DNA of 64,000 nt. It comes from Cycas panzhihuaensis (lineage: Eukaryota; Plantae; Cycadophyta). Position 1 is the first letter of the stretch; each line of letters opens with the position of its first letter. Under the pieces are notes generated by a model. That model was given only the letters and a program-made list of their open reading frames with translations. It was not told the origin of the DNA and searched no databases. The stretch covers positions 213,845,741-213,909,740 of the forward strand of contig CM041465.1 of assembly GCA_023213395.1 (NCBI GenBank), given 5' to 3'. Shown here piece after piece: positions 43,501 to 59,866 of this stretch. A program made the position numbers and the translations under genes.

Positions 43501-44938
43501 ATGCCTTTCACATATAACATAGATTTAATCATTCACCCTATGAACCTAATCTATACATTTGAGTTAGAGATGATTTGATCATAATTATTATACTATATGT
43601 GAATGACCTTGATATCACTGGCAATGATACAAATGAAATTTCATGGCTTTAATTAGAATTAAAGAGTAACTTTGAGATGATTGACCTTAGGCTACTCTAT
43701 TACTTCCTTGGAATTGAAGTTTGGTAAGAACCAGGATACATCTTCTTAACTCAATCTAAGTATGCTAATGAGCTCTTAGAAACATTCAAGATGATAGAAT
43801 GTAAGTTAGCACCAATTCCCATGGAGATAGGAACCAAGTTAAATTTGGATGATTGAGGAAAGTCTTTCGATCTTACTTTGTATCGACAGTTAGTTGGGAA
43901 CCTTATTTATCTCATCCACACTTATTTAGATATCTCATATGTAGTAGGGATTTACTCTAGGTACATGTCACAACCAAGATCATCTCATTAGAAAGTTGCC
44001 ACTAGGATCCTCAAATACATCTTGATACTCATTAATTTGGCCTTGAATATAACAAGATTGACTCATTTATTTTAAAGGGACATATAGATGTTGATTAGGT
44101 TGGTTGCCAAGACACTCACCATTCAACTTTAGGCTACTATTTTGATATGAACTTAGCTATAATCTCATAGAGTTGTAATAAGTAGCCTAATGTTACCCTT
44201 TTCTCCATTGAAGCTGAATATAAAGTAGCTTTCCATGATACAACTAAGTTGATTTGGCTTAGAAGTATTCCGGCTAAGCTTGGACTTCAACAATGTGCAC
44301 TTACCATCCTATATTATGATAATCAAAGAGTGTTGAAGATGATAAAGAATCTTATATTCTATACTAGAACCAAGTACAATGAAGTCCATCACTATTTCAT
44401 CCATGACCATGTCCAGAATAGAGAAGTTAATCTTGTCTATCATCCTACTGAAGACCAAGTTGCCAACATCTTTGCCAAAACACTTGGTAAATTAAAGTTT
44501 GAATGATTTAGACATGACCTCGACATCCATAGAAATGAAGTTATTATTAAGGGAGGGTGTTAAAACTATCTAATAGCACCTTCATTCCTTATATTTATAA
44601 TTTTATGTATATGTTATTTTAAGGACCCTTAATGTAATTTAATCTTATTTGATATTAAGGTTGGGTCTGTCTCATGTGTTGTTAATTCAACCTATCAAAT
44701 GTCATGTAATAATGAAAAATGGTCTATATATTATACCCCATACCTTTATACAATGCATTATTCTAATGTTAATGTGGAAGTTTTGCCCGACAGAGAACCT
44801 TACAGTATGACGAATTCACCCATAACATTGCTGGTCACTTTGTTCTATTTATTTGCATGCTTCTTTGATTATTTCAGTCATTTTGCTTGATATTTATTTA
44901 TCAGTATACATATATTAAAGATTTTGATATTTTTAATA
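37536..44938 (+). mobile_element. Full-length decayed Ty1/Copia element inserted in the gag of the chromovirus
   Basis: LTRs 37536-37919 and 44558-44938; TSD AAGTA on both sides; PBS TAGTATCAGAGC 37920-37931; PPT AAGGGAGGG 44549-44557. Confidence 0.93.
39872..44548 (+). pseudogene. Copia gag-pol pseudogene
   Basis: Gag KLNSINNF..LWAYVNG; Zn knuckle CLYYGKTGHLVIEC (~40757); protease WLLDSGVTRHM (~41307); LWHQHLG; INT PQQNGV; RT QMDVKSTFLN, LKKALY.LK, LYVND; RH YDNQ, RTKY.EVHHYFI, DQVANIFAK.L. Confidence 0.9.
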
Positions 44939-47900
44939 AAGTATTATTCTATTTATAACACCCAAGTTTAAACATTAGTACCATTGAATTTTTTGAGCTC
45001 TATCTTTAGGATAAAGGTTGGCCTTCCTCATCTATTATCATAGTGATCATCATCCATGCTCTTATTATGATATCCTTGTTAAAATGTATCATCCAAATCA
45101 AGTTTCTTCTTTCCTTTATAGTGGTAGACATCTTCTTTAACTTGGTCATCCTTGTTGGTGAAAAATGTTTCTAGTAGGGCAATCATATTAGATATTGGAA
45201 GGGATAAATTATTTATCATATGTTGTACCTCTTAAATCTTGACATCTATTTTCCCTCTTAATGAGACAACTGTATTATTGAGTTTAATGCTCCAATTGAG
45301 GTTAATTTTGGAGGCCATTTTCCTTCCTAACCTTAACTCAATATTGTCTTGTAAATATGGGTTCCTAAGGAGGTTGGGTCCTTAGTGGATATCTTTAGAT
45401 TATTGTCTGACTTGTTTTATAATTTCTTTTTTTTCTCTTAAAAAAATTACAAAGGGTTTAAAATTGTGAATAAAAAAATTTTCAATAAGGGAACCTAACC
45501 AATTGGGCTATAAAAGTAGTTGTTAGAGACTTTTATGAAGTTTTATGGATCTCTCAGTTGAGTTGGAGCCCCTAGAAAGGTAATGTCAAACATTTAGGCT
45601 AAGAATTAGAAACTACTATAATTTAATCAATAGTTAAAGAATTATGGAAAAAATATAAAAAAATACAAATTTAATATTTCTAGCAATTTGAAGCAAAAAT
45701 TTACTTGGAGTTGTTAACAACAAATTTATCTAGAATGGGCTTTTACTTAATCCTATAAATTTTAGGTCAATTAGGGCCTCCGAGAGAGAGATATGACTAA
45801 ATGAATGATTTTTCTTAGTTTTTTTTTTTGGGCTAATTCAACTAGTCAAGCTTTTACTTTTTAGGTCTATGCTTCTAGTAACTAGATGTCTAATAGTTGT
45901 GTCATAGGTTTGAGTGTTTCTTAAAAAAGAATGAGAAATTAGGAAAATCCTACTAGATATTAATAAAGGAGTGTTTGGCTCTATAAGCCTTGTGATAAAC
46001 TTCTCTATCATTACTGTAGCTTGGATCAATATCTTAGAGCACTACCTATGGAGGAAAGACCATCTCTGTAAAGTCTACAACCATATAAAGGTATTTGTAT
46101 AGAGTAAATTTTAGGTTCTAACTACTAACCCATACACTACAAAGGATAAATAAATGAAGGTTTACCTATGCTAGGATAAGAAAGGAGCCTGTAAGGGTCC
46201 TCATATAATTGAGGATATATGGAGGCATAATTCTATAGCTAAGTTTTGTTTAGGGCTTAGTTTAGAAGTGTGATCTCTAGTCCTTTATGCAAATAGTGGA
46301 AAAGCCACAATGCACTTAGCCAAAATAATAGATCCTTATGATTTTTATAGACCCCCAACACAAGGTCTCTACTAAATTAGGTAGATGCCAAGCATAGTTA
46401 TCTACCCAAGAATAGGAAGGGAGTAGATTTGAATAGAAATATTTAAAACTAAAATTAAAAGCACATAACTAAAGTAGAGATGATTGGAAATAAAATAAAC
46501 TTTTATAGGAGAAGAGTTATGAATATCACTGAGGGAAAAAAATTTCTCTTTTGTGCTCCCTGAATAATTCCACAGTGGTTGTTGAACCACTTGATACCAC
46601 TTGGAATGGGCTTTACTCTAACAATTGTAAATCCTTTAATAAAAGTTGAATCTCCACAAGAAAAATACACAAGCATAAGATTGCTTTGTATTGTTCAACC
46701 ACTTTGAGGGGCAACCTCCAATACATAATATCTCAATTCTTAAAAGATGTCTTCTACAAGAGTGGAGAGTTCATATATATAAGCTTACTAAAACCGCTCA
46801 TCCCTCTTGACTAATACATGCGGATAATTACAATAAGAAACTAGTGAAGAAGAAGAAGATACATCAAAGAGAGAAGAGGAAGAAGGTAGACATATTGAAA
46901 GGGGTTGAGTACATAATAGAGGTGATTTACTTTAAACCATAGGATTTTTCCTAGATATTAATTATCTTATTTTAATAATAAAACTAACATATTAAGTTAT
47001 TAGGAAAGTATAGACCTTAATGTGACTCATCTCTCTTTCTACTTAGTAAACTTTTATTTTCCTCCCATGTTAACCAAACAACTTAGAGTATTAATGAGCC
47101 TACTAATTTGATTGGCACCCTTATAAGCATAGCTTCCGTGTAGACATAACAAATTTGTTACAATGACTTGGTCTAGCCTATGCTACATTATGTTTGATTA
47201 AGATTTATAGGGCTTATCTCCTTCAATTGCTTTGACTTGCCACTAAACATAGAGTGTTTTGCTTTAAAGTTTGATATTGATGAGCCTAAGACTACTATAT
47301 TCTTTGGGTTTGTAGTAGATTTACTAGTTAAATCTACTAAATCCTTTCTATCTTCTAAGTTTGACCAAAGATATAACATAAGGATTTTTATTAGTCTATC
47401 ATAAACTACATTAGAAGGAATGCATCATAAATAGTAATATACATGCACGGTGACTAAAATTTTATAGCATATTTGAAATTTACCAACTAGCAAGAGAAAC
47501 TTTAAGGACCATAAGTTAAGCTTGTTCTCCACTCTATTTAGCATATATTCCTACATTTATATAAAGAAATCCCCAAAGCCAAAAGGTATACCAAAAAATC
47601 TAAATATCACCCTTAAAGAAACCCATTTTCAACTAAAATTTTGGATACATTCTAGCAATTCTTTAGAGGCTTGATAAAAAAATATCATCTTTTTCCTAAA
47701 TAATTTTAAAACTAGAAGTATTATAAAAACTATTTACTACCTCTAGAACTTGATCTATAAATTCTGATTTAACATTAATAATTAAAAAGGAGTCATCTAT
47801 AAAGTGTCTTTAATGGCTTACTTCAGATTGGCCTTGTAGCAAAGTAAAATCAAAAGTTTTACTTGATACCACTCATATTATAGCTCCAAACTGATTTATC

Positions 47901-48449
47901 TTATATAACCCATAGCCAAACCACAAGAAGAACAAGTAGCATGCCATATTAACAGCCTGGTAAAGGCTTGTGTACTCTTTATATAATTTCTAATGCAACT
48001 ACTAACTATTTATAATTTTATTCACACATGCAACATCTTACAATAAAATTGAATAACCATTATCATTATTTAAATAACAACACATGTCAAAATTTATGAA
48101 GATGGAACTAAAATACTTATCTTAGTGGAAATAAGTTAAATTGTTCAAAAGGATCCATTGCCTAGCCAATTAGAATCTCTTTTCCCTTATATTGGGGCAA
48201 GTCATATGAATATTAAAATACCCTTTGAGGTCTCTAACTCTTATTTCTAAGTTGCTAAACTCCATTTCATAGGTCACAATACATAAGTATACAATTTATC
48301 ATGCATCGCATAAGAAATACGAGTAGTCAACTATATTATGGCCTAATAATATTTATTATATATTTTATAACATGGAATGTGTCTTCCTAGAAATTCTCCT
48401 CATACATTGAAATGACAATGGAAAATAAAGAGAGCAAAGGTGGCACTTT

Positions 48450-50330
48450 TATTAAATTATAAAATAGATTACAAAAAATAAACTTATATTAGACTTAATG
48501 GACATCAAAGAGACACCAAAAGGAGTATTGAAGTATAATATCTCAAGGGAGAAAAATACCCAACCATATGTCACTATAATTCACAACCCTTAAATAGATA
48601 AAATAGGGTCTTTCTTTAAACAATTCTATTGGTGGGCCAAATGACCTTATATTTTATTAGAGGACTTAATTACCTATGCACAAAGTTTAATGATTAGCAC
48701 TAACACTAAACTACTTAGTGGTTTACCACTTGCTAGTGTTCTATTATATTAATAAGATGTAGTCATGTAACAGGTCCCCCCTCTGAGAAGATGATTCTTC
48801 AAAGTATTAGAGATGAGAGTTATACCTCATGAACTCATCTAACTCCTAAGTTGTTTCTTTTGCATCATAACTAGCCTATGACACCAAATGCTCATAAGTA
48901 GTTTGATTTTAAAGACAATGTTAATGACTGACAATGATATGGTCTAGGGTAATGGTGAGGATTTACTCATCATTAAAAATGAGAAGGGTAATATGAGGGG
49001 TAATACTTTTACCTAGGCACTTTTATGGGTAGGGGATATGGAAAACATTATGGATTTTGGTATCTAGAGGAAGTTCAAGGGCATATACAACTTCACCAAT
49101 CTTTTAAAGGACTTTATATAGATCATAATCACATGGGCTTAACTTATGGCTTGTGTGGGACTTTAGGGAGTGTTGTATATAAGGTTGAAGATAGAGGAAT
49201 ATTAAATCACCAATAACAAACATGTGATCAAAATAATGGTGATTAATAAGTTCCTTCATAGTATTTTACATATTAGCTAGGTTTTACTTAAGGCTTTGAA
49301 GAATCTAATCCATCTCTTAAAACTTTTATTGGATTATATTTGTTTAGAGGTTGATGGCTAATGTATGATGGGATGGAGGGTAATATTTATATAGAGCCAA
49401 AAATGGGGATACACCTATAACTAAATGGTATAATAAGTTATAGCAATATTATGCTATAGGTAGCCATGAAGTTTACTTAGCTTGATGATCTAAAATAAAA
49501 TAATATAGGCAAGTTTCAAGGGTTTTATTCAAAACCTCAAACTAACTATCAGTTTGAGGATGGTATATTCTGCTCATATTAAATAAGATTTCTACTACTC
49601 TAAAGAGATCCTTCTAAAAGAAACTAGTAAACTTAGAGTCTCTGTCGCAAATAATAGTTGAGTGAAAGTCATCAAGTCAAAAGAAAATTTGGATGTAGAG
49701 ATCAACAAGATAAGATAACTTATAGGAAGTGTGAATAGAAATGAAATGTATATATTTAGTTAGTCTATTAATGAGCACCCAAATTGAGTTGAATTTAGAT
49801 GATGTAGATAAACCCATGATAAAATCCATGGCTATATCTTGTTTTTTACCTTGAGGGATGGGCAGGGGGTTGAAGAAGACCTAGTAAGGCCTTAGTGTCT
49901 ACTTTATTTCTTTGGCAAATATCACATTTTGACACAAATATAAGGATAATGGACTTCATGTAGAACCAAGAAGATATTTGCATGAATGTGGCAATATATC
50001 TTATCAAATCTTCAGTAGCCATCTAATTTGAGTAAATCTAGTTATGGACCATCTCTTTATAGATGCCACATGATAAAATTATGTGGCATCATTTCAATTG
50101 ACATGATACCATGCCTACATGATACTTAGTATTAACTGGTTGGTTTAGATAAACTTACATAATTAAAAAAATGAGATAACATAAATGCTCATATTATATG
50201 TTATAAATCTAATGCATCCTAGAAGGCCATCTAATACTCTTAAACAAGGTTTATTATTCATTTGAGGGATGGTAAGAATAACATGCTCTCCTTACTTTTA
50301 TTTTTTATTATAATTATTTGGATGGAATAC
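48450..50330 (-). mobile_element. Fragmented chromoviral Gypsy remnant (3' LTR, PPT, chromodomain, INT pieces)
   Basis: TAACA followed by reverse PPT GGTCCCCCCTC (48768-48783); EHLVS*ASYDAKETT*E; KIGEVVYALELP..KIHNVFHIS (~49035-49105); CDICQRNK..GLLQP..IAMDFI (~49815-49935). Boundaries are approximate. Confidence 0.7.
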
Positions 50331-50378
50331 TTTCTATTTAATGAAGCATATAGTTTTTAACAAAAAAAAAAAAAAATT

Positions 50379-52018
<1,640 letters not shown>

Positions 52019-52614
52019 TGTAGTGATCTAGTTCTACTTTTATAGCAATTTTCCTCAAAGATCCAAGTAATAATCCACAAAAAGAATAACTAGATGCTAT
52101 TCAACAAGAAAAATGAACAATGAACAGGAATTATAGAATCCACATAGATAAATAATAGTCTTTATTATCAAATAATACCAAAATAGAGCAAAAGTTCAAC
52201 AAAGTACCTGTCTTTCCTGAAGACGTGAGCTTCCCTCTTTGAGGTGAGGAACCCTCCAAACTGCAGCCCCAAATGGGCGAGCTAATTACAGCCCTAGAAC
52301 TAAAAATGCGTGACAAAAGAACCTCTGATGATGTTGAAATGAGGCTGCAAATCCTCCTTAAATAGGTAGCTAAATGAAAATAATAGAATTCGGCCAGACT
52401 GGGTAATATTCTTCTTAAAACTGCTTAAATAGAAGTCGGCTAGAACTTCTCCAAAAACTGGCAGGCTAACTTTAAATGGCCATAACTTTTAATTGAGATG
52501 TCAGAATTGACTTTCGTCTAAACTGTTGGAATCCTTGTTCAGAGGCCTTCAATTTGAATGGTCACATGTCATAGTTTTAACTAGCTTTTAGAATGTTACA
52601 AATCCCTCCCCTTC

Positions 52615-55600
52615 AAAGCATGCTTTACCCTCAAAGCATTGGTAAGGGCCCATTTTTCTACATCCATTCTTCAGATTCCCACGTTGCATCTTCAAGCTCC
52701 AATGTCTTCTATTTGATGAGATACTCTTTTATTATCCTAGATCATAAATTCTTGTCCCTGGTCTTCAATATCCCCTCAGGTTCTACTACCATCATTCCTT
52801 CTTCATCAAGTGTTGGTAAATTTGTTTATGGAGCTTCCTTTTCACCCAACTTTTTCTTCAAGCAAGATACGTGGAAGATATTATGGATTTTGCTTTCTGG
52901 TGGCAGTTTTAACTGATATGCCACTTCCCCTATGCGTTCCTCAATTTGATATGGTCCAAATAATCTTGGTGATAATTTATGTCGATTATCTTATTTCATC
53001 GACATCTGTTTATAGGGTTGGAGTCTTAAGAATACCCATTCTCCTATCTCAAAACTCCATTCAGATCTCTTTCTATCTGCTTGTTGCTTCATCCTATTTT
53101 TTGCCATCTCCAAATTATTCTTTAATATTTGAATTATTTCTTGCATATGTTGCAAGTTTTCTTGGACTGTCTGCACTTTAGATGTATTTAGCCAATGTAA
53201 GAGTGATGGAGGTTCATACCCATATAGTGCTTAAAATGGTGACATTTTAGCCACTGCATGGTATGTGGTGTTATACCACCATTATACCAAATGGAGCCAT
53301 TGATGCCATTGTGTCTACTTATCTAATGTGAAGTTTCTTAAGTATCCCTCCACACATTTGTTAACTATTTCCGTCTGGCCATCTGTCTGCGGGTGGTATG
53401 CTGTGCTCATATGTAAGCTAGTGCCAACTGATTTGAACAACTCCTTCCAAAAGTAACTTGTAAATTTGGGATCTCTGTCACTGATTATAACCTTTAGAAA
53501 GCCAAATAGTCTGTGAATTTCTTTCATATATAATTCTGCTATTTGGCTTGCTTTTGCTCCTATCTGAGTTCCCTTGAAATGGGCGTATTTAGTTAATCTA
53601 TCTACCACTACAAAAATTACGTCTCTTCCTTCTGAACGCGGAAGACCTGTAATAAAATCCATAGAGATTTCTTTCCATTTTTGATGGGGAATAGGAAGGG
53701 GTTGTAGCAACCCAGGGGTCTTCACAGATTCAGTTTTATTCCTTTGACATGTATCACATTCTGATACAAATTGGAGGATGTTAGATTTCAACCCTTTCTA
53801 GTAAAATGAGCTTCGAAGCCTTCTATAAGTCTTATCCATCCCTGAATGTCATGAAACCAAAGTTGAGTGAGCTTCTTGAAGTAGTGCTTCTTTTAGTTTA
53901 CTTGTCTTTAGAACAAATATTTTTCCCTTCCTTACAATTAATTCTCCTTGTTAAAATCAGATTGCTTCCTTTTCCTTCTCTGATCTTTTGCCTTATTCCT
54001 TGTGATATCTTGTTGTCTTCATATTCCTTTGCCAACTCTGTTGCCCATTTTGGAGTTGCTATTGTCATTGAATTGGCTGAGGCTTCAATCTTTCCTTCCT
54101 CTGGTAGTCTAGATAGAGCATCTGCTATTACATTTTCTTTCCCTTTTTTGTATTCAATGGTGAAGTCAAAAGTCTGCAACTTACTGACCCATTTTTGTTG
54201 CTCATCAGATAATGCCTTTTGATTTAGAAAGTACTTCAGGCTGTTAAGATCAGTTCTAACCATAAATTTACTCCCTAGTAAATACTGCCTCCATTGGTGT
54301 ATTGCATGCATAATGGCCAGCATCTCTTTATCATATATCAATTTTGTTTTTTTCCTATTATTCAGCTTCTAGCTTTCATAAGCTATTGGCCTTCCTCCCT
54401 GTAATAGAATTACTCCTATTCCAAAACCTGAAGCATCACATTCCAATGTGAATGGTTGAGTAAAATTCAGTACGGCCAATACTGGAGCTGTGATCATTGC
54501 TTGTTTTAATTCTTGAAATACTCCTTCTACTCCTAAATTCCATTTAAACGCATCCTTTTTGGTTAGGTCTGTTAGTGGTGATGCTATGTGTGCATACCCT
54601 TTTATGAACTTTCTCAAAAATCCTGTTGCACCCAAAAAACTTCTTACTCATGTGCCATTGTTCGGAGTTGGCCAGTTTACAGTTACTTGGATCTTTTTTG
54701 GATCAAATTTGATTCCTTCACCTATGATAATATGGCCCAGATACTCCAATTCCTTTTTTGTGAAAGAACACTTTTTCTTATTTGTAAACAATTGCGCATT
54801 CTCAAGTATGAGCAGAACTTCCTTTATATGTTCCATATGTTCTTCCCATGTTTTGCTATAGATTAGGATATCATTAAAGAAAACCAGCACAAATTTTCTC
54901 AAAACATGTTTTAGTATTGAATTCATTGTGCTTTGGAAAGTAGCTGGAGTATTTGTTAAGCCAAAAGGCATAACCTTGAATTCAAACAACCCTTCATACA
55001 TTCTGAATGCAGTTTTGTAGACATCTTCTTCTTTGACCCTTATTTGGTAGTATCCTGAGCGCAAATCTATCTTTGAAAAGTATCGAGCTCCATGTAATTC
55101 ATCAAACAAATCTTCAATCCTTGGGATAGGATATCGATTCTTTATAGTCAATTTATTCAGGCCACGATAATCCACACACATTCTGTAAGATCCATCCTTC
55201 TTTAGATTGACTACCATGGGAGAGGCGAATGGACTCATGCTTTTCACCACTACACCTTAGAGTAACAGTTCTTGTGTGATTTTTTCAATTTCTTTCTTGA
55301 GATGATAAGGATGCCTATATGGAGGAATGTTGATTGGTATTACTCTAGGGATAAGGTCTATTGCGTGCTCTAATTCCCTTTTCGATGGCAGTCCTTGGGG
55401 TTCTTAAAAAGCTCTTTGATGTTTTTTTAAGATTTCCTGAATCTTTGAGGGAATGTCTTCTATTTCTACTTTGTAACATGACATTATGTACACTTGTGGA
55501 TTCTTCTTTAAAACTTTTTCCATCCTATGAGATGAGACAAGCTGGATTGGGTGTGTGGCTGGGGCTTGTAGTCGATATTTGTGTCCTTTTTGTCGGAAAC

Positions 55601-57059
55601 ACATAAATCTTGTCATATAGTTGGTAACGATGTTTCCCAACATTTGTAGCCATTGAATCCCCAAAACTACATCCACTCCATCTATAGGCATGGCAAACAT
55701 ACAAGTTGTGACCTTGTAATCATTAATCTGGAGAGTTGTATCTTTGCAGTATCCTCCACATGGCGTTGTTCTCCCATTTGCTATTGACACTTGGAAGGTG
55801 TTGAGGGGTTTCACTTGTAACCCCAATTTTTCTACTGATGCCTTGTTTATAAAATTATGTGTACTCCCACTATTAACTAAAATTGATACTGGTGTTCCCT
55901 TGATTTGTCCTTGGAATCTTAGGGTCTGTGGGGATACCTGTTGCCTTGTAATGGCCTGCAATGGGATTTGGACATTCCCTATATCCACTTCCAGAAGTTC
56001 ATCTTCCTCCCTCTCTATGCTCTGGTCTTGTTCTACTTCTTCCTCTACTTCTTCTGGTATTTTTGCATCCTCATTATTGATCATGAAAACCTTTTTTACT
56101 GGGCACTGGTGTTCCTTATTCCATTTTCCTCCACACTTGAAGCACGTCCCTTTTCTTATATGCTCCTCTTTGGTTGTTCCTGAGCTTTCTCCTGTATTTC
56201 TTATAGCCAACGAAGGATCTACCTTTAATCCTAATTTTGCCCAATTAGGATTCTGGGTCTGATATAGTGGTGGCTCATATCTCCTTGTATATGTTGGTCT
56301 ACTATCTCTAAGTTCTACCTCTACATTTCTTGCTATCCAAATTACTACTTAGAGTTGAGGTGGATCTGCTACTTTAACTCTAAATTTGATCTGATTTTTC
56401 AATCCACTAATATAAGTCTCCAGTAAACATTCCTGCAGTATTTTTTCTGAGACCATACATTGTAGTGTTTGAAACTGTTCTATATATTCTTGGACCATTC
56501 CTTGTTGATGTAATCGTGTTAACTGAGCAAAGTAATCTGTATTCCAAGAATCATCATATTGCTCTATTAGTCCTCCTCTTAGATTCTCCCAAGTCTGTTA
56601 TATTGGTAAATTAATCTTTTGCCACCAATAGTACCACCTTAATGCCCTTCCGTTTAAGTGTAAGGATGCTATTTCCATCTTTTCCTTACTTGTTGAGTTA
56701 TAGACCCTAAAATAGTTCTCCATTTGTAAGATCCAATTTGTGATATTCTTGGATACTTCAGGATCAAATTTTTCCAAGGATAATCTTGCTCCTTTCCATC
56801 CATTATCCATGTTGGAAGTTCTCCTTTCATAAATTCATCCATCAAACCTATTCCTCTCATTTTCTTGATCGTTCCAAGTATCTATTTGTTCTATTCTTGA
56901 TGCATTGCTATTATCCATTTCTCCACTTGACACATTCTGTGTTGCTTGATATGCTTTTGCTAGTAACTCCTGAATTAAGGTTGTTAAAGTCTTTATACTC
57001 TGGTTTAATTCTGATGCACCTTCAATTTTTTCTTCTGAGGTTCTAGAGTGGGCTGCCAT
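52615..57059 (-). pseudogene. Chromovirus gag-pol pseudogene
   Basis: Gag WILQMENYF..HLNGRALRWY; CFKCGGKWNKEHQC; protease LVNSGSTHNF; RT CVDYRGLN, FSKIDLRSGYYQI, FFNDIL; RH ECDASG, YDKEMLAI; INT CDTCQ, SDRDPKF, YHPQTDGQTE; chromodomain EYLIK*K..EDATWE. Confidence 0.93.
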
Positions 57060-57174
57060 CTTCCTAGGAATGAGGTTTTTCCCTGATCTCAATTCCGTTT
57101 CTATTTATTTTGGCGGGGGGGGGGGGGGTATTTTTTTTTTTGACCTTTTTTATGCATTTCCCTTAAAAAACAAA

Positions 57175-57426
57175 GCTCTGATAGCACTTATAACAAACCG
57201 TTACACCAAAACTCCGAGGTGTTAGTGAAGATCACCCATGTGTGTAATATTACCTCCCCCACAAGGCATCGACATCTTGGTGACCCACTCTTGGTGACCC
57301 ATTATCGATAATTTCGCGTCTCATCAGGCCCCAGGCAAACACTGCTATGCCATTGTTCTACCAAGGTCATCCCTTCCAAGGTCGTCCCCTCCGAGAATTG
57401 AACCTATCACCTTGGCTCTTATACCA
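57175..57426 (-). mobile_element. TRIM-like cassette (PBS-internal-PPT-mini-LTR-PBS) inside the chromovirus leader
   Basis: Two reverse PBS copies (57175-57186, 57415-57426), each followed by CT-T(G/A)TA. Between them lie a ~61 bp mini-LTR-like segment (57189-57249) and a reverse PPT TTACCTCCCCCACA (57250-57263). Confidence 0.65.
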
Positions 57427-57988
57427 CTTGTAGTGATCTAGTTCTACTTTTATAGCAATTTTCCTAAAAAATACAAGTAATAATCCATAAAAATAATAAC
57501 TAGATACTATTCAACAAGAAAAATGAACAATGAACAAGAATTACAGAATCCACAGAGATAAATAATAGTCTTTATTGTTAAATAATACCAAAATAGAGCA
57601 AAAGTTCAACAAAGTACCTGTCTTTCCTGAAGATGTGAGCTTCCCTTTTCAAGGCGAGGAACCCTCCAAACTGCAGCCCCAAATGGGTAAGCTAATTGTA
57701 GCCCTAGAACCGAAAATGCATGACAAAAGAACCTCCAACGATGTTGAAATGAGGCTGCAAATCCTCCTTAAATAGGTGGCCAAACGAAAGTAATAGAAAT
57801 CGGCCAGACTGGGTAATATTCTTCTTAAAACTGCTCAAATAGAAGTCGGTAGAACTTCTCTAAAAACTGGCAGGCTAACTTTAAATGGCCATAACGTTTG
57901 ATTGAGATGTCGGAATTGACTTTCATCTAAACCGTTGGAATCCTTGTTCAGAGGCCTTCAATTTGAATGGTTACATGGCATAGTTTTA

Positions 57989-58858
<870 letters not shown>

Positions 58859-59628
58859 GAAAATATCCTCGTTTCTAAAAGTGCCTTGGTCAATTTAGGA
58901 GGGATAAGCAAATAACAATCCCCATTCTTATTTCTTGATATGCTTTATCCTTAAAACATCAATATAAGTATATGATGTTTCTACCATGATCCACCTTCCA
59001 CTTAAAGTTATGCATATCTTTAGGAGTTGGCCCTACTTATTTAACTTGGTTATATATTGGCCGTCCATAGTTAGAATGGAGTAACACTTCTCACCTTCTT
59101 TCAATGCTACACCCTCAAAGATTTTTTAAGTTTAACCTTCCATGAATATCATGGATTATCTCTTAAGATTAGGTATTGCTTACAACCTTTTTTTTTTAAG
59201 GCTTTTAAGGATTTAAATAATAAAGTACTTGATGGTGCTTATTTTACTAATTATGATTCCCCTTGTAGTTTTGTTTCCTTTTCATATCTTGTTAGTGGAA
59301 TGTGCTTATATCTTGATATATATTTCTCTAATGGAGAAGCGTTTATTGTGGAAAGTCTGATATCCTTCTTCTTTAAGTTTTACCTTTAGACTTTATTGGG
59401 CTTCTTTTGTATTAAAATAGTAAACCTAGCATTTGGTAGGTCTTGGGACCTACGTGTTGTAGGTTCACCTTGCTTGAGATCTTATCTCTTACTTTGATAT
59501 CATATTCATAGTGAATAACTCTTAAATAAGGAAACTTTCTTAGGGATATGGGAATGAGGTATATATGAATGAGAGATAGAGAATAAGGAATATAATTAAG
59601 GTCTCATATGAGTGTGGAGTTTAGATGG

Positions 59629-59630
<2 letters not shown>

Positions 59631-59671
<41 letters not shown>

Positions 59672-59720
59672 TATATATATATATACAGATATATATATAT
59701 ATATATATATATATAGATAC

Positions 59721-59778
<58 letters not shown>

Positions 59779-59798
59779 ATATATATATATATATATAT

Positions 59799-59866
<68 letters not shown>
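59631..59866. repeat. (AT)n-(CA)n microsatellite
   Basis: Directly visible. Confidence 0.95.

Larger units (their letters stand above)
33627..46918 (-). mobile_element. Chromoviral Ty3/Gypsy element (old, internally deleted) hosting a nested Copia
   Basis: LTR pair 33627-33951 / 46602-46918; TSD GAGGC/GAGGT; reverse PPT at 33952-33963; reverse PBS core TGATACCA at 46592-46599. Chromodomain KYLIKWK*LSWEDST*E (~34030-34080), [28 protein letters not shown], protease LIDLRSTHNF. Most of RH and the INT Zn finger are missing near 35080. Confidence 0.88.
52019..57988 (-). mobile_element. Near-complete chromoviral Ty3/Gypsy element (Reina-like, tentative) within an (AT)n array
   Basis: LTRs 52019-52600 and 57429-57988 (about 40 substitutions in 560 bp, ~93% identity); reverse PPT 52601-52613; PBS 57415-57426. 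Confidence 0.94.

Noticed and set aside
57115-57141. G14 run followed by a T run in the chromovirus leader
   Set aside because: Homopolymer slippage is a sufficient explanation, with no evidence of function.
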